Positions 53,427 to 63,805 of a stretch of DNA of 64,000 nucleotides are shown piece after piece. Position 1 is the stretch's first letter; every line of letters starts with the position of its first letter. Origin of the DNA: Alphaproteobacteria bacterium (GTDB lineage Bacteria > Pseudomonadota > Alphaproteobacteria > SP197); the NCBI GenBank assembly GCA_964291265.2, contig OZ219747.1, positions 640,001 through 704,000 on the forward strand, read 5' to 3'. The notes under the pieces are model-generated. The model did no database searches, was not told the DNA's origin, and worked only from the letters and a program-made list of their open reading frames with translations. The position numbers and the translations under genes were made by a program.

Positions 53427-55681
53427 CAATCCTCGATGTCGAAGGCCGCCAGGGCCGCCATGTTGAGGAGGTCGTTGACCGTCGCCCCCAGGCGGACAAT
53501 CTGGACCGGCTTCTCGAGACCGAGAAGAATCGGTCCGATCGCGCGGGCGCCATCCATCGCCTCGACCAGCCTGTAGGAGATGTTGGCGGCATGGAGATTG
53601 GGCATGATGAGAACATTGGCCGGACCGCCCAGGGCAATGAAGGGATAGTAGTCGCGCGAGTTCTTGTCGAGCGCGGTGTCGCCTGCCATCTCGCCGTCAA
53701 CCTCGAAGTCGACCTCGCGTTCCCTGAGGATGCGCACGGCTTCGCGCAGGTGGGCCGTCCGTCGCTCGCCGCGGCTGCCGAAATTGGAGAATGACAGCAG
53801 GGCGACCCGCGGTTCGACGCCCATGGCGCGCGCCTTGGCGGCCGCCTGGACCGTGATGTCGGCGAGGTCCCGGGCCGACGGTTCCTCGTTGATGGTGGTA
53901 TCGGCCAGCAGCAGCGTGTGCTGGGAGGAGACGAGGATGGTCATGCCGAAGACGATCTGGCCATCGCCGGCCTTCAACGCTCTCTGAACATGGGAGAGAG
54001 CGCCGGGATAGGACCGGGTCAGTCCGGTGACCATGGCATCGGCATCACCTGTCGCCAGCATGGCCGCAGCGAAGACATCGCGATCCAGGTGGATCCATCG
54101 CTGGCAATCGCGCAGCAACGCACCGCGGCGCTGCATGCGGGCATAGACATGATGGACGTATCGCTCGGTGTCCACGGCATCCGCGTTGGCGATCTCGAGG
54201 CCGCCCGGACTGACGCCAAGCAACTCCATCTTCTCCTGAACCTGCCGTGCCCTGCCGACGAGGATGGCGACGCCGAGTCCCTGGTCACGCCACAGGGCCG
54301 CTGCCCGGATAGTCTTTTCCTCTTCGCCTTCGGCAAACACGATCCGCGCCTGCCGCCGGCGCACGGTCTCGAAGATCTCGTGCATGCGCCCGGCAACCGG
54401 AGAAAGCAGGCCGGAAAGACGCGCCTGATAGGCCTCGATGTCGATGATCGGCCGACGCGCCACGCCCGTATCCATGGCCGCTCGCGCCACGCGCGATGGC
54501 ACCCGGGAAACGAGGCGGGGATCGAAGGGCTTGGGAATGATGTAGTCCGCTCCGAAGCGCAGGTGGTCGCCGGCATAGGCAGACGCCACTTCGTCGGGCA
54601 CATCTTCCCTTGCCAGGGAGGCAATCGCCTCGGCAGCGGCAATCTTCATGGCGTCGTTGATCGTCGTCGCCCGCACATCGAGGGCGCCCCTGAAGATGTA
54701 GGGAAACCCCAGGACGTTGTTGATCTGGTTGGGATAGTCGGAACGGCCGGTCGCCACGATGGCGTCCTCGCGGACCTTCTGGACGTCCTCGGGCAGGATC
54801 TCCGGATCCGGGTTGGCCATGGCGAAGATGATGGGCCGTGCGGCCATCGATGCCACCATGTCCCCTGTCACGGCGTCCTTGACCGAAACGCCGAGGAAGA
54901 TGTCCGCCCCTTCCATGGCGTCCTCGAGTGTTCGCGCGGAGGTCTCGACGGCATGGGCCGACTTCCACTGGTTGATGCCCTGCGCCCGCCCCTGGTAGAC
55001 CACGCCCCGCGAATCGCACAGGATGGCGTTGTCATGGGGCAGGCCGCGCGCCTTCACCAGTTCGAGGCAGGCAATTCCGGCCGCACCCGCACCGTTCACC
55101 ACCACCTTGCAGTCGGCCAGTTCCTTGCCGGCGACCTCCAGGGCGTTGATGACGCCGGCAAGGCAGATGATGGCCGTGCCGTGCTGGTCATCGTGGAAGA
55201 TCGGAATGTCGACCAGCTCCCTCAGGCGCTGCTCGACGATGAAGCACTCCGGCGCCTTGATGTCCTCGAGATTGACACCGCCGAAGGTCGGGCTGATGAG
55301 TCTCACCGTCTGCACGATCTCGTCGACATCCTCGCTGTCGATTTCGATGTCGATGCCGTCGACATCGGCGAAACGCTTGAAGAGGACCGCCTTGCCTTCC
55401 ATGACCGGCTTGGCTCCCAGAGCGCCGAGATTGCCGAGTCCCAGAACGGCAGAACCGTTGGAGATGATGGCGACGACATTGCCTTTCGCGGTGTAGTCGA
55501 AGACGGTTGCCGGTTCACGGTGGATCTCGAGACAGGGCGCGGCGACTCCCGGAGAGTAGGCGAGCGAAAGCTCCCTGGCCGTGTTGAGCGGCTTCGTCGG
55601 CGTGATCGCCAGCTTTCCGGGCCTCCCCTCCGCGTGGAACCTGAGGGCGTCGATGTCACTGACCCTGACCTGATCCGCCAT
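53426..55681 (-). CDS. maeB: NADP-dependent malic enzyme with PTA domain
   Basis: LSLAYSPGVA, KPVMEGKAVLFK, FHDDQHGT, GAGAAG, NPDPEI, ALLSFSNFGS. Confidence 0.95.
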   Translation of the reverse strand: MADQVRVSDIDALRFHAEGRPGKLAITPTKPLNTARELSLAYSPGVAAPCLEIHREPATVFDYTAKGNVVAIISNGSAVLGLGNLGALGAKPVMEGKAVLFKRFADVDGIDIEIDSEDVDEIVQTVRLISPTFGGVNLEDIKAPECFIVEQRLRELVDIPIFHDDQHGTAIICLAGVINALEVAGKELADCKVVVNGAGAAGIACLELVKARGLPHDNAILCDSRGVVYQGRAQGINQWKSAHAVETSARTLEDAMEGADIFLGVSVKDAVTGDMVASMAARPIIFAMANPDPEILPEDVQKVREDAIVATGRSDYPNQINNVLGFPYIFRGALDVRATTINDAMKIAAAEAIASLAREDVPDEVASAYAGDHLRFGADYIIPKPFDPRLVSRVPSRVARAAMDTGVARRPIIDIEAYQARLSGLLSPVAGRMHEIFETVRRRQARIVFAEGEEEKTIRAAALWRDQGLGVAILVGRARQVQEKMELLGVSPGGLEIANADAVDTERYVHHVYARMQRRGALLRDCQRWIHLDRDVFAAAMLATGDADAMVTGLTRSYPGALSHVQRALKAGDGQIVFGMTILVSSQHTLLLADTTINEEPSARDLADITVQAAAKARAMGVEPRVALLSFSNFGSRGERRTAHLREAVRILREREVDFEVDGEMAGDTALDKNSRDYYPFIALGGPANVLIMPNLHAANISYRLVEAMDGARAIGPILLGLEKPVQIVRLGATVNDLLNMAALAAFDIED

Positions 55682-56382
55682 GAAATGCGCCGCTTCCTGC
55701 CCGTGATCCGTGAAGCGTAACCTTACACTGGCTGGCGATAAAGCCGTCAGACCGCCTGGCGACGACAGGGATGCATGACGGCCTCCTCCATCCGCGCCCG
55801 CGCGAGACCGGAATCTGTTGCCGGAAGCGTTCCGGTTGAAAAAGGAACGCGGCGAATTGTCGAGGCGGCCAGATCGTCCCGATGTTCCCGTCCTTGCCGG
55901 GTGCGCACGGCCCATGCCGAAAAGGCTTGACGGACGCGACGCGCCTGGCGGAGCCGGGCCTGGGCGAACCACGGGTGGAACCGCAGGACAGCGGCAACGT
56001 GACCGACCTTGCGGAGTTCGGTATCGACGTCGATCACCACGCCGCCGATCTCGCGGGTGGCGGCGCCCGTGTCGCTCCTGATCGCACGCGGCTGCCGCGA
56101 CCTCCGGGAACCTGGTTCGAGGACCCGCGGCGTGCGGCCACATCCAGGATGTGGCGGAAGTTTCCGATTCCCTTCCACGACATCGCGGGGACCGCCATGA
56201 TTGACCCCACCCGACCCGTTCGACTTCGGGGATGACGCACGATTCGGCGCGCGACTCGCGATCTGCCGCAGCAGGGTCCACAGACGATCGGCAGGTGTTG
56301 TCCGGGCGTCACGGGCCAGCCTATGGAACGCTGCGCGACGCAGGCGGTGACCGTGGCGAGCAAACCGCGCTAGGATGGGTTC

Positions 56383-57357
56383 ATGGGCAAAAACGTTCTC
56401 ACTCCCCAGACCCAGGCGTTTGACGGCACGGCGCCGCTCCGGCGGCGGGAGCTGAAGTCCCTGATGCGGCGATCCGATCTCCCGGCCCTGATCCGCATGC
56501 CGCTGTGGTACGGCGTGCTGGCCTCCACGGCCCTGCTGGTGTGGATGGCTCTCGGCACCTGGTGGCTCGTTCCCGCGATGTTCGTCCACGGGGTCGTTCT
56601 GGTCCATCACTTCTCGCTGCAGCACGAGTGCACGCACTTCACCGCCTTCCGCACGCGACGGATCAACGAGTGGGTCGGGGCGTGGTGCGGTTTCTGGATC
56701 TGCGTCCCGCCGGTCTTCTTCCGTTACGAACATTGCGATCACCACACGTACACCCAGCTCGCAGGTCGCGATCCCGAGTTGATCCCCCTGTCCGGTTCCG
56801 TGTGGGGCCATCTTGTCTACCTGTCGTCCCTGCCCTACTGGCGCGGCATGATGGGCGGCCTCCTCAACCACGCATGGGGACGCTTGAGCACGGCCGAGCG
56901 GCGCTTCGTTCCACCGGAGGAGCGGAGGGCGGTCGTCGTCGAAGCGCGCGTGTTCCTGGCTCTCTATCTCGCGGTCGCCGCGGCTGTTGTCGTCTTCGAC
57001 CGGTGGGAACCTCTCTGGTTCTGGTGGCTGCCGGTCCTCCTGGGCGAACCCGTCATGCGCCTCATCCGCATGACGGAACACGTCGGCCGACCCAATGTTC
57101 GCGACATGACGACCAACACGCGCACCACCGTGGTGTCCTGGCCCTGGCGCTTCCTGGCATGGAACATGCCGTTCCATGCGGAACACCACTTCGCTCCGTC
57201 GGTTCCGTTCCATGCCCTGCCCGCGCTTCACGAGAGGCTGAAAGGACGCCTGCACGTCGAAGCCGGCGGCTATCTTGGCGTCCACCGGGGCATCCTTGAG
57301 CAGATCACGGGACGATCCGCGCGCCTCGGCGACTTCATGGGCGCCGATGGGCCATAG
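56383..57357 (+). CDS. membrane fatty-acid-desaturase-superfamily oxygenase (MocD-like)
   Basis: His boxes QHECTH, EHCDHH, HAEHH; TEH; WNMPFHAEHH..P.VPFHALP. Confidence 0.85.
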   Translation: MGKNVLTPQTQAFDGTAPLRRRELKSLMRRSDLPALIRMPLWYGVLASTALLVWMALGTWWLVPAMFVHGVVLVHHFSLQHECTHFTAFRTRRINEWVGAWCGFWICVPPVFFRYEHCDHHTYTQLAGRDPELIPLSGSVWGHLVYLSSLPYWRGMMGGLLNHAWGRLSTAERRFVPPEERRAVVVEARVFLALYLAVAAAVVVFDRWEPLWFWWLPVLLGEPVMRLIRMTEHVGRPNVRDMTTNTRTTVVSWPWRFLAWNMPFHAEHHFAPSVPFHALPALHERLKGRLHVEAGGYLGVHRGILEQITGRSARLGDFMGADGP

Positions 57358-57664
57358 TCGCTGGCGCGATCTGATCGCTGTCGCCCGTCTCGACCGCGGT
57401 GATGTGACGCCCGCGCTTCTCGATGGTCGACGCCTGGCCGTCTACGACACACCGGGTGGCATCCACGTCACGTCGGCTCGCTGCAGCCATGGCGGCGCAG
57501 ATCTGTGCGACGGCTATCTCGACGGTTTCCGCATCGAATGCCCGCTGCACCAGGGGTGTTTCGACATCCGCACCGGAGAGGCCACCGGCCGGCCGGCGAC
57601 GCGGCCTGTCAGGGTCTACGCCTGCCGTGTCGTCGACGGGATGGTGCAGATCGACTGGACGTAG
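57347..57664 (+). CDS. Rieske [2Fe-2S] ferredoxin (MocE-like)
   Basis: CSH...ECPLHQGCFDIRTG; overlaps the desaturase stop. Confidence 0.88.
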   Translation: MGHSRWRDLIAVARLDRGDVTPALLDGRRLAVYDTPGGIHVTSARCSHGGADLCDGYLDGFRIECPLHQGCFDIRTGEATGRPATRPVRVYACRVVDGMVQIDWT

Positions 57665-57775
57665 ACACGACGCATCGTCGCCGGAGCCGGCGATGTCCCG
57701 GGAGAACCCCGCCTTCCAGTGTCATCGGTGGTCCGGGAAGGGGCTGCCCCCGGGCTTCATCCACACCTCGAACGA

Positions 57776-59380
57776 TCAGACGGTGCCTTCGGCGAACCAC
57801 CAGCGTTCCGGTGCGCGGTTTCCGTCGAGCGACCACTCGCCCGACACGCTCTCGGTGTGCCGCACGTTGAGCGCGGTGGCCCATATGTAGTTGCGGAAGA
57901 ACGGCACGATCGTGCCGCCGTCGTCGCGCACGAGACGCTGCATCTGCGAGTACATGTCAGCGCGGCGACTGTCGTCGAGTTCGGCACGGGCCTGGATCAG
58001 CAACTCGTCGAAGCGCTCGTTCCGCCAATGCGCGTCGTTCCACGGCGCGGAGCCGTGGTAGCCCAGCGAGAAGATCATGTCGGGCGTCGGGCGCGGACCC
58101 CAGCCGCTCAGGCAGAAGGGCTTGACGAGCCAGACGTTCGACCAGTAGCCGTCTTCCGCCTCGCGTACAACGTTGACGTCGATGCCCGCGGCCTTGGCCA
58201 TCTCCTGGTAGAAGACCGAGAAATCGACGCCACCGACGAATGGCACCTCCGAGGTCGAGAAGTCGACGGCAAGGCTGTCCATGCCGGCCTGTCGGAGATG
58301 CCACCTTGCCCTGTCGGGGTCGTACACCCGCTGCTCGATGCCGGGATCGTGGTAGGGCATGGTCGGAGGGATGGGATGATCGTTGCCGACCGTGCCATGA
58401 CCGCGCAGTACGACGTCGAGGGCGCCCTCGCGATCGAGGGCGTACTTCAGCGCCAGACGGACATTGACGTCGTCGAACGGCGCAACGTCCGTGTGCATGG
58501 GCATGGTGGCGTGCTGGCCGGTCGCGATCTCCTCGACGATCACGTTTTCGTTCTGTGCGAGGAGGTCCGCCGTTTTCGGGTCGGCCTCGATCATGGCGTC
58601 GAACTGGCCGGTCTGCACGCCCACTTCGCGGCCGATCACATCGGTCACCTGATGGATCTCGACGGCGTCGAAGTGTGCCTTGTCCTCCTTGTAGTAACTG
58701 GGGTTCCTCGAACCCATGGCCACGATACCGGGCTCGAACGTCTCCAGCACATAGCCGCCCAGGCCGACTCCGCTCCAGTCGATGCTGCCCTCGCCGTCGG
58801 ACGGGAACATGACGAAATGATAGTCAGTCAGGATGTAGGGCAGGTCGGCGTTGCCGGTCTCGAGATCGATACGCACCGTGTGGGCGTCCTCGACCCTGAT
58901 GTCGGTAACGGTCGAGAGCAATGCCGCGCCGCCCGAGGTCGAATTCTCGCCGCGGTGATGATTGAGCGAAGCAACCACGTCGTCGGCCGTGAAGCTCCTG
59001 CCGTCGTGGAACTCGACTCCCTCGTGCAGCCTGAAGATCCAGGTCCTGGCGTCCGGCGTCGCTTCCCAGCTCTCGGCGGCATCGGGGCCCACCTCGTTGT
59101 CGGAGGTGATCTCGGTCAGGTTGTTGGTGATCATCCTCGGCAGGAAGATCTGGAAGGTCGATTCATAGGTCGCCGGATCCAGACTGTCGGTGGTGTTGCC
59201 GTCGTCCACCGCGATACGGAACGTACCGCCCCTGTGCGGCGTTTCGGCCAGCGCGGCGCTGTCGGCGAGCGTGGCCGCCGCCGCGCCTGTCATGCCGAGC
59301 GCTATTCCCTGCCGGATGAATTCGCGGCGGTCGATGCGACCATCAAGCGCCGCACGCTTCAGATCCTTCAACGTGGTCAT
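57776..59380 (-). CDS. ABC transporter family 5 solute-binding protein with Tat signal
   Basis: DRREFI Tat motif, GGTFRI, LDPA, GVEFHDG, PFDDVNVRLALKYA; no permease genes nearby. Confidence 0.9.
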   Translation of the reverse strand: MTTLKDLKRAALDGRIDRREFIRQGIALGMTGAAAATLADSAALAETPHRGGTFRIAVDDGNTTDSLDPATYESTFQIFLPRMITNNLTEITSDNEVGPDAAESWEATPDARTWIFRLHEGVEFHDGRSFTADDVVASLNHHRGENSTSGGAALLSTVTDIRVEDAHTVRIDLETGNADLPYILTDYHFVMFPSDGEGSIDWSGVGLGGYVLETFEPGIVAMGSRNPSYYKEDKAHFDAVEIHQVTDVIGREVGVQTGQFDAMIEADPKTADLLAQNENVIVEEIATGQHATMPMHTDVAPFDDVNVRLALKYALDREGALDVVLRGHGTVGNDHPIPPTMPYHDPGIEQRVYDPDRARWHLRQAGMDSLAVDFSTSEVPFVGGVDFSVFYQEMAKAAGIDVNVVREAEDGYWSNVWLVKPFCLSGWGPRPTPDMIFSLGYHGSAPWNDAHWRNERFDELLIQARAELDDSRRADMYSQMQRLVRDDGGTIVPFFRNYIWATALNVRHTESVSGEWSLDGNRAPERWWFAEGTV

Positions 59381-60155
59381 GTTGCCTCCTCCTGGTCCGG
59401 TTCCGGTCCCGGGTGCATGCCGACTACCTCGGAACCGGTGACATTACACCCCGGATCGTCACCCATAATCAAGTCAATATGCCGCCAGGATCCCTGCGCG
59501 GCGAACCCTTGCACCGCCACTCGAGAGCTTCCGGTGCGGCCGGAGCCAAGCGCCATGCCGGCACAGGGCCGGCGGCAAGCCGAGCCCGAACGACATCCCG
59601 AAGGGGGATCAGCGCGGCCTTGAGACGGCTGCGGATCACCGGCGCCGGGATGGGGTTGTTCCCGTCCGATCTGGCCGCAGCCTTTCAACACCGTATCGGT
59701 GACCGGTTCGACCGCTCTCGAATCGACAGTCCCTCGCGAGGACCCCGGCATGACGCAGGATCCCTTCCTGATCGGGGCGTGAACGGCTGCTGTCTCCAGT
59801 GTCACGATGATCCTCGAGATGACGGGCGTCCTCAGGTTGGCGCCGCCTTCCGTCAGTTCAAAGACCGCCAGGCAATGTCCAAGGCCGCCTTGGCATGGTT
59901 GTGTCCGCAAGGCGTCCGGTCCCCAGCATCATTGATGCGGCCTACCTGGCGGGGATCGCGACCAGGCATGTGAGGCGCGATCTCGCCTGTTTCGACGCGC
60001 ACGCCAGGCGCATGGGTAGCGATGTCAGTGGATCCGAATGACCTGCTCTCGACCATCCCTGCGTACCGTCGTCGGTCACCACGCGAACGCTCGACAGCAG
60101 ATAGGTGCCACCCGATGAAGGCAGGTCGCCCTGACAAGGCTCGATCGCGAGATCT

Positions 60156-60356
60156 TCATGAGGTGGTTACCTGCGGAAGAGGCACGGACTCTCCAGAGTG
60201 CTGATTCTTGTGGGTCTCGACGATGTCACACGGTGGGCAGGTTCTCGCCACAGCGGGCCTCATCTTGCCGGTTTCGACAGAGCTTGTCAGGCTCACGATC
60301 GCCAGAACTTGTCGGGACGTGCGGCTATGGGCGGTGAGATCCTGCAGGGCCGACAT
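60156..60356 (-). pseudogene. possible decayed C-terminus of a zinc-binding alcohol dehydrogenase/quinone reductase
   Basis: VETGKMRPAVARTCP..DIVETHK..HSGESV resembles the MDR C-terminal G.IRP.V..T.PL..I..A......H.GK.V pattern. Confidence 0.3.
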
Positions 60357-60534
60357 GATCGTGTGGCGTCCGTTGCATCTCGAAGGGTGCAGTCATGCGG
60401 AACTCTGATCCTGCCGGGCGAGGCCGACCGGTCAAGCGGCAACCAGCTTGCCCTAATGATGACAGGGATGCATGAGGATCTCTTTCATCCGCGTCACTAT
60501 AGGGACGTACGTCGGCCGCCGGGAGAGGTTTCGA

Positions 60535-60730
60535 CCCTTCCCGGCTGGTGTTATTGTTCGACGACCCGCGCCACCTTGAGCTGGACCACGATACGCCACG
60601 TTCGGACGGCGGCCTGAATCACATTTCGAACCGCATCCTGCTTTGCGGCCCGTGCAATCGGCCCAAGTCCAACACCTTCACCCTGTCGGAGCTGCGACGG
60701 GAGAACAAGAAGCGAGGACACATGCGATGA
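60535..60730 (+). pseudogene. HNH endonuclease domain fragment
   Basis: LELDHDTPRSDGGLNHISNRILLCGPCNRPKSN; the upstream Cys pair is missing or frameshifted. Confidence 0.7.
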
Positions 60731-60955
60731 CCGGATGTATCCATTTGCCAAACCCACCTGGTAGACGCAACGCCCGAGAAATCGGTCCAAGCCCCGTTCC
60801 GCCACACCCTTGCCGGGTCGGCAAGCGTTCAGCCAGGGAATGACGATGATGGCAGTCACAATGACAACTGCGCACAGTCCCTTTTTTGCCCGCATTCTCT
60901 CAAGCGCCATTATCCCCTTATCACCGCATGACCAAACGCTTACGACGAGGAAAAA

Positions 60956-61310
60956 ATGGCTGTTGAACGGAACAAGGACTTCGCAGACCCTTTGATCGAA
61001 GATCCCACGGAAGGCGATGACGAACTGGGTTATCCAATCCGCTACACGATAACGAGTTACGGCTCGGACATGCCGATCGACGGTTTGGTTGATCGTCTCA
61101 AGCGAGAAGACATCTTCGTTCCGGAGTTCCAGAGAAATTTCGTTTGGACGATCGTCCAGGCCTCGCGCTTCATCGAATCCTTGCTTTTGGGGTTGCCCGT
61201 TCCTGGCGTCTTCCTTTTCAAGGAACCAGAGACGAACAAGTTAATGGTCGTTGATGGACAACAGAGGCTGTTGACCCCGCATTCCTTCTACAAAGGAGTT
61301 TTCGGTGACA
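60956..61310 (+). pseudogene. truncated DUF262 (GmrS/ParB-like) protein
   Basis: VPEFQRNFVW, SRFIESLLLGLPVP, VVDGQQRL; similarity stops near 61310 with an abrupt shift to GC-rich sequence. Confidence 0.8.
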
Positions 61311-61387
61311 TAGACCGGGGGAGTGGGCGGACCCGGGCACCGGGAAGGCCGGGCCGGTCGAGCGGCGCGCCTTTGCGTGCGACGTGA

Positions 61388-61790
61388 CCGGGCCCGGCAG
61401 TCCTGGAGGGCCTGCTGGTCCCCTATGGCGTCCCGATCCGCGGCGGCGGGTCCTTCGAGGAGATCTTCGAGCGCGGTGCCGTTCTGGAGAACAACGGCCT
61501 GCTGGTGAATGTCCTCGATGACTGGGAAGGCCCGCTGGCCCGGTCCGGGAAGGGACTAGCGGTGGCCGACGGTCCCGAAGGCCTGCGCACGACCGTGGCC
61601 CTGCCGGACACGATCGACGGGCGCCGGGTCAGGGCGCGCGTCGAAGCCGGTGAACTCACCGCGTTCAGCGCCGCGTTCCAGGTGCTCGAAGAGGAATGGC
61701 CGGCCGCAGACCGCCGCATCGTCCGCAGAGCGCGGCTTGTCGGCTCGCCTTGGTGGACAGGCCGGAGCACGAGACCCCGCTCGCGGGCGC
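61388..61790 (+). pseudogene. HK97-type phage prohead protease fragment
   Basis: LEGLLVPYG..FEEIFERGA..PLAR..DGPEGLR..LPDT.DGR..VEAGELTAFS..F..EEEW..RIVRRARLVG; in-frame stop at 61385, frameshift near 61750. Confidence 0.65.
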
Positions 61791-62154
61791 GGTTCAGGGG
61801 CGGCTCGCGCCATGATCGGCCCGAAGATCGCCGTCCTGGCTCGAGAGCAGGGACGCCGCCTTCGCGCTGGCCACGGGCATGCCGCTGGAGGACCGGGACT
61901 TCCGCTGTTCGGGCCACGGCTTGGGCCTACCCTTGGAGTGACCCTGCGTCCAAACCTTCCGATGACGCCCTGCAGGACAACCCGACGCGCGAGGATATCC
62001 AGGCGGCGGCCGTGCTTCTCGAGATGCAGGCCTGCTATGAATTGAACGATGCGATCGGTTGCCTGGCCATCCTGGCTACCATGGACGGCGGCCGGGCGGC
62101 CGTCACTTGATTTGTCCGAAAGTATCCTTATATTTGTTGCAAAGGAAACCTCCG

Positions 62155-62763
62155 ATGTCCACTGCAGCAACCATCCGGTCCGCTCTGGGACGAGTGCCGC
62201 AGGGCAAGCCCTTCACCGGCGCCCGTTTTTCGGGATGCGGCAGCCCGGCCGCCGTCGGGCGGACCCTGTCGCGCCTGGCCGCGGCGGGCGAGATCCGGCG
62301 CGTCGCCCGCGGCGTGTATGTGCGGCCGAAATTCAGCCGCTATGTCGCCGGCGGCATGGCGATCGATGTTCGCGAGGTCGCCCGAACCATTGCGCGCCGC
62401 CACGGCGAGACGCTCCAGGTCCACGGTTTCGAGGCCATAAGGCGGTTCGGGTTCAGCACCCAGATGCCGCTCTCGCCCGTGTACCATACCAGCGGAACGA
62501 CCCGGACCCTTCATGTCGGGGCCGGATCCGTCCGGCTCCGCCACACCTCGAACCGGCGCCTGCTGCAATTCCCCGGCGAGCCGGCGGGTGTGGCTCTCTC
62601 CGCACTCTGGTATCTCGGGAAGGAGGAGGTCACGCCGGAGACGGTCGCCCGGATTGCGAAGGTTCTCCGCCCGGAGGACTTCGCAAAGCTGCGCACAGCC
62701 GCCATGCCCGCCTGGATGGCGGCGGCGTTCGATGCCTCTCCGACAGGATCGGCCCATGGCTAG
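62155..62763 (+). CDS. AbiEi-like antitoxin (DUF6088 family)
   Basis: GSPAAVGRTLSRL..GEIRRVARGVYVRPK, GETLQVHG.EA...G.STQMP..PVYHTSG, MPAWM. Confidence 0.82.
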   Translation: MSTAATIRSALGRVPQGKPFTGARFSGCGSPAAVGRTLSRLAAAGEIRRVARGVYVRPKFSRYVAGGMAIDVREVARTIARRHGETLQVHGFEAIRRFGFSTQMPLSPVYHTSGTTRTLHVGAGSVRLRHTSNRRLLQFPGEPAGVALSALWYLGKEEVTPETVARIAKVLRPEDFAKLRTAAMPAWMAAAFDASPTGSAHG

Positions 62764-63805
62764 ACCGTTCCTTTCTCTCGCGGCCGGCGAGCGCGCGGAC
62801 ATTCTGCAGGCCGTCAACACCAATTTCGGTCCGGACCCCGTCATTCTGGAGAAGGATATCTGGATCTGCTGGGCGCTGCATACCCTCTTCACCATGCCCG
62901 GAGCCCATCCGATGGCCTTCCGGGGGGGAACCGCGCTTTCGAAGGTCTATGGCGTCATCGACCGGTTTTCCGAAGACGTGGATGTCAGTTTCGATTACCG
63001 CGTCTTCAGCGACGGAATCGATCCTTTTGCCGAAGGCGTGAGCCGGACCCGGATCAAGCGGTTGAGCGAACAACTCAGGGCCCGTGTCGCAGACTATGTC
63101 CGCGATGTCGTGGCACCCTTCGTCGACGAAGCGGCGCAACGGCTCGACATGGACGGCCGGCACGACATACGGATCAGCGAGGATGGCGAGGGCCTGCTTT
63201 TCGTTTATCCGTCCGCGGTCGGTGGCGCCAGCGGTTACTTCAGCAACGAGGTGCTGCTGGAATTCGGCGGCCGCAATGTCATCTCGCCGAACGAGCGACG
63301 CCCGGTCGCGGCCGATATTGCCGGCTTTACCCAGGACCTGGAGTTTCCTTCAGCGACTGTGACCGTCCTCAACCCGAAGCGCACATTCTGGGAAAAGGCG
63401 ACCTTGGCCCATGTGGCCTGCCACCGCCGCCGTCTCGCGGGGCGCTTTTCTCGCCACTGGTTCGACCTGGCCTGCCTCGCTGACCACGAGATTGGCAGGG
63501 CGGCGCTCGACGACCGCGCGCTGCTGGGAGAAGTGGTCAAACACAAGAAGATGTTCTTTCATTATGGCGGCGTCAGTTACGACCGCTGTCTGGAGGGCGA
63601 ATTGCGGCTCGTGCCGGACGAAGACCAGCTCCCGGACCTGAAGGCCGACTATGAGGCGATGTGCGACGCTGACGCTATCCGGGGCGACGTCCTGGAGTTC
63701 GATGCGCTGATGGAACGTATTCGGTTTCTCGAAGCGAATGTGAACGGTCGCGGTCTGAGCGACGATTTGCCGGAGTCATCCCCGTTCCGGCACACATGGC
63801 AATAG
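62756..63805 (+). CDS. AbiEii-family nucleotidyltransferase toxin
   Basis: LEKDIWICWAL, FRGGTALSKVY..IDRFSEDVD, LEFGGR, RTFWEKATL, SRHWFDL. Confidence 0.88.
   Translation: MARPFLSLAAGERADILQAVNTNFGPDPVILEKDIWICWALHTLFTMPGAHPMAFRGGTALSKVYGVIDRFSEDVDVSFDYRVFSDGIDPFAEGVSRTRIKRLSEQLRARVADYVRDVVAPFVDEAAQRLDMDGRHDIRISEDGEGLLFVYPSAVGGASGYFSNEVLLEFGGRNVISPNERRPVAADIAGFTQDLEFPSATVTVLNPKRTFWEKATLAHVACHRRRLAGRFSRHWFDLACLADHEIGRAALDDRALLGEVVKHKKMFFHYGGVSYDRCLEGELRLVPDEDQLPDLKADYEAMCDADAIRGDVLEFDALMERIRFLEANVNGRGLSDDLPESSPFRHTWQ

Noticed and set aside
59760-59900. Tyrosine recombinase C-terminus (GLGHCLAVFELTEGGANLRT...LETAAVHA on the minus strand)
   Set aside because: Only a vague likeness; the catalytic R-H, LGH and Tyr residues are absent.
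61388-62110. Prophage
   Set aside because: Single broken prohead-protease fragment; no portal, capsid, terminase or integrase in the window.
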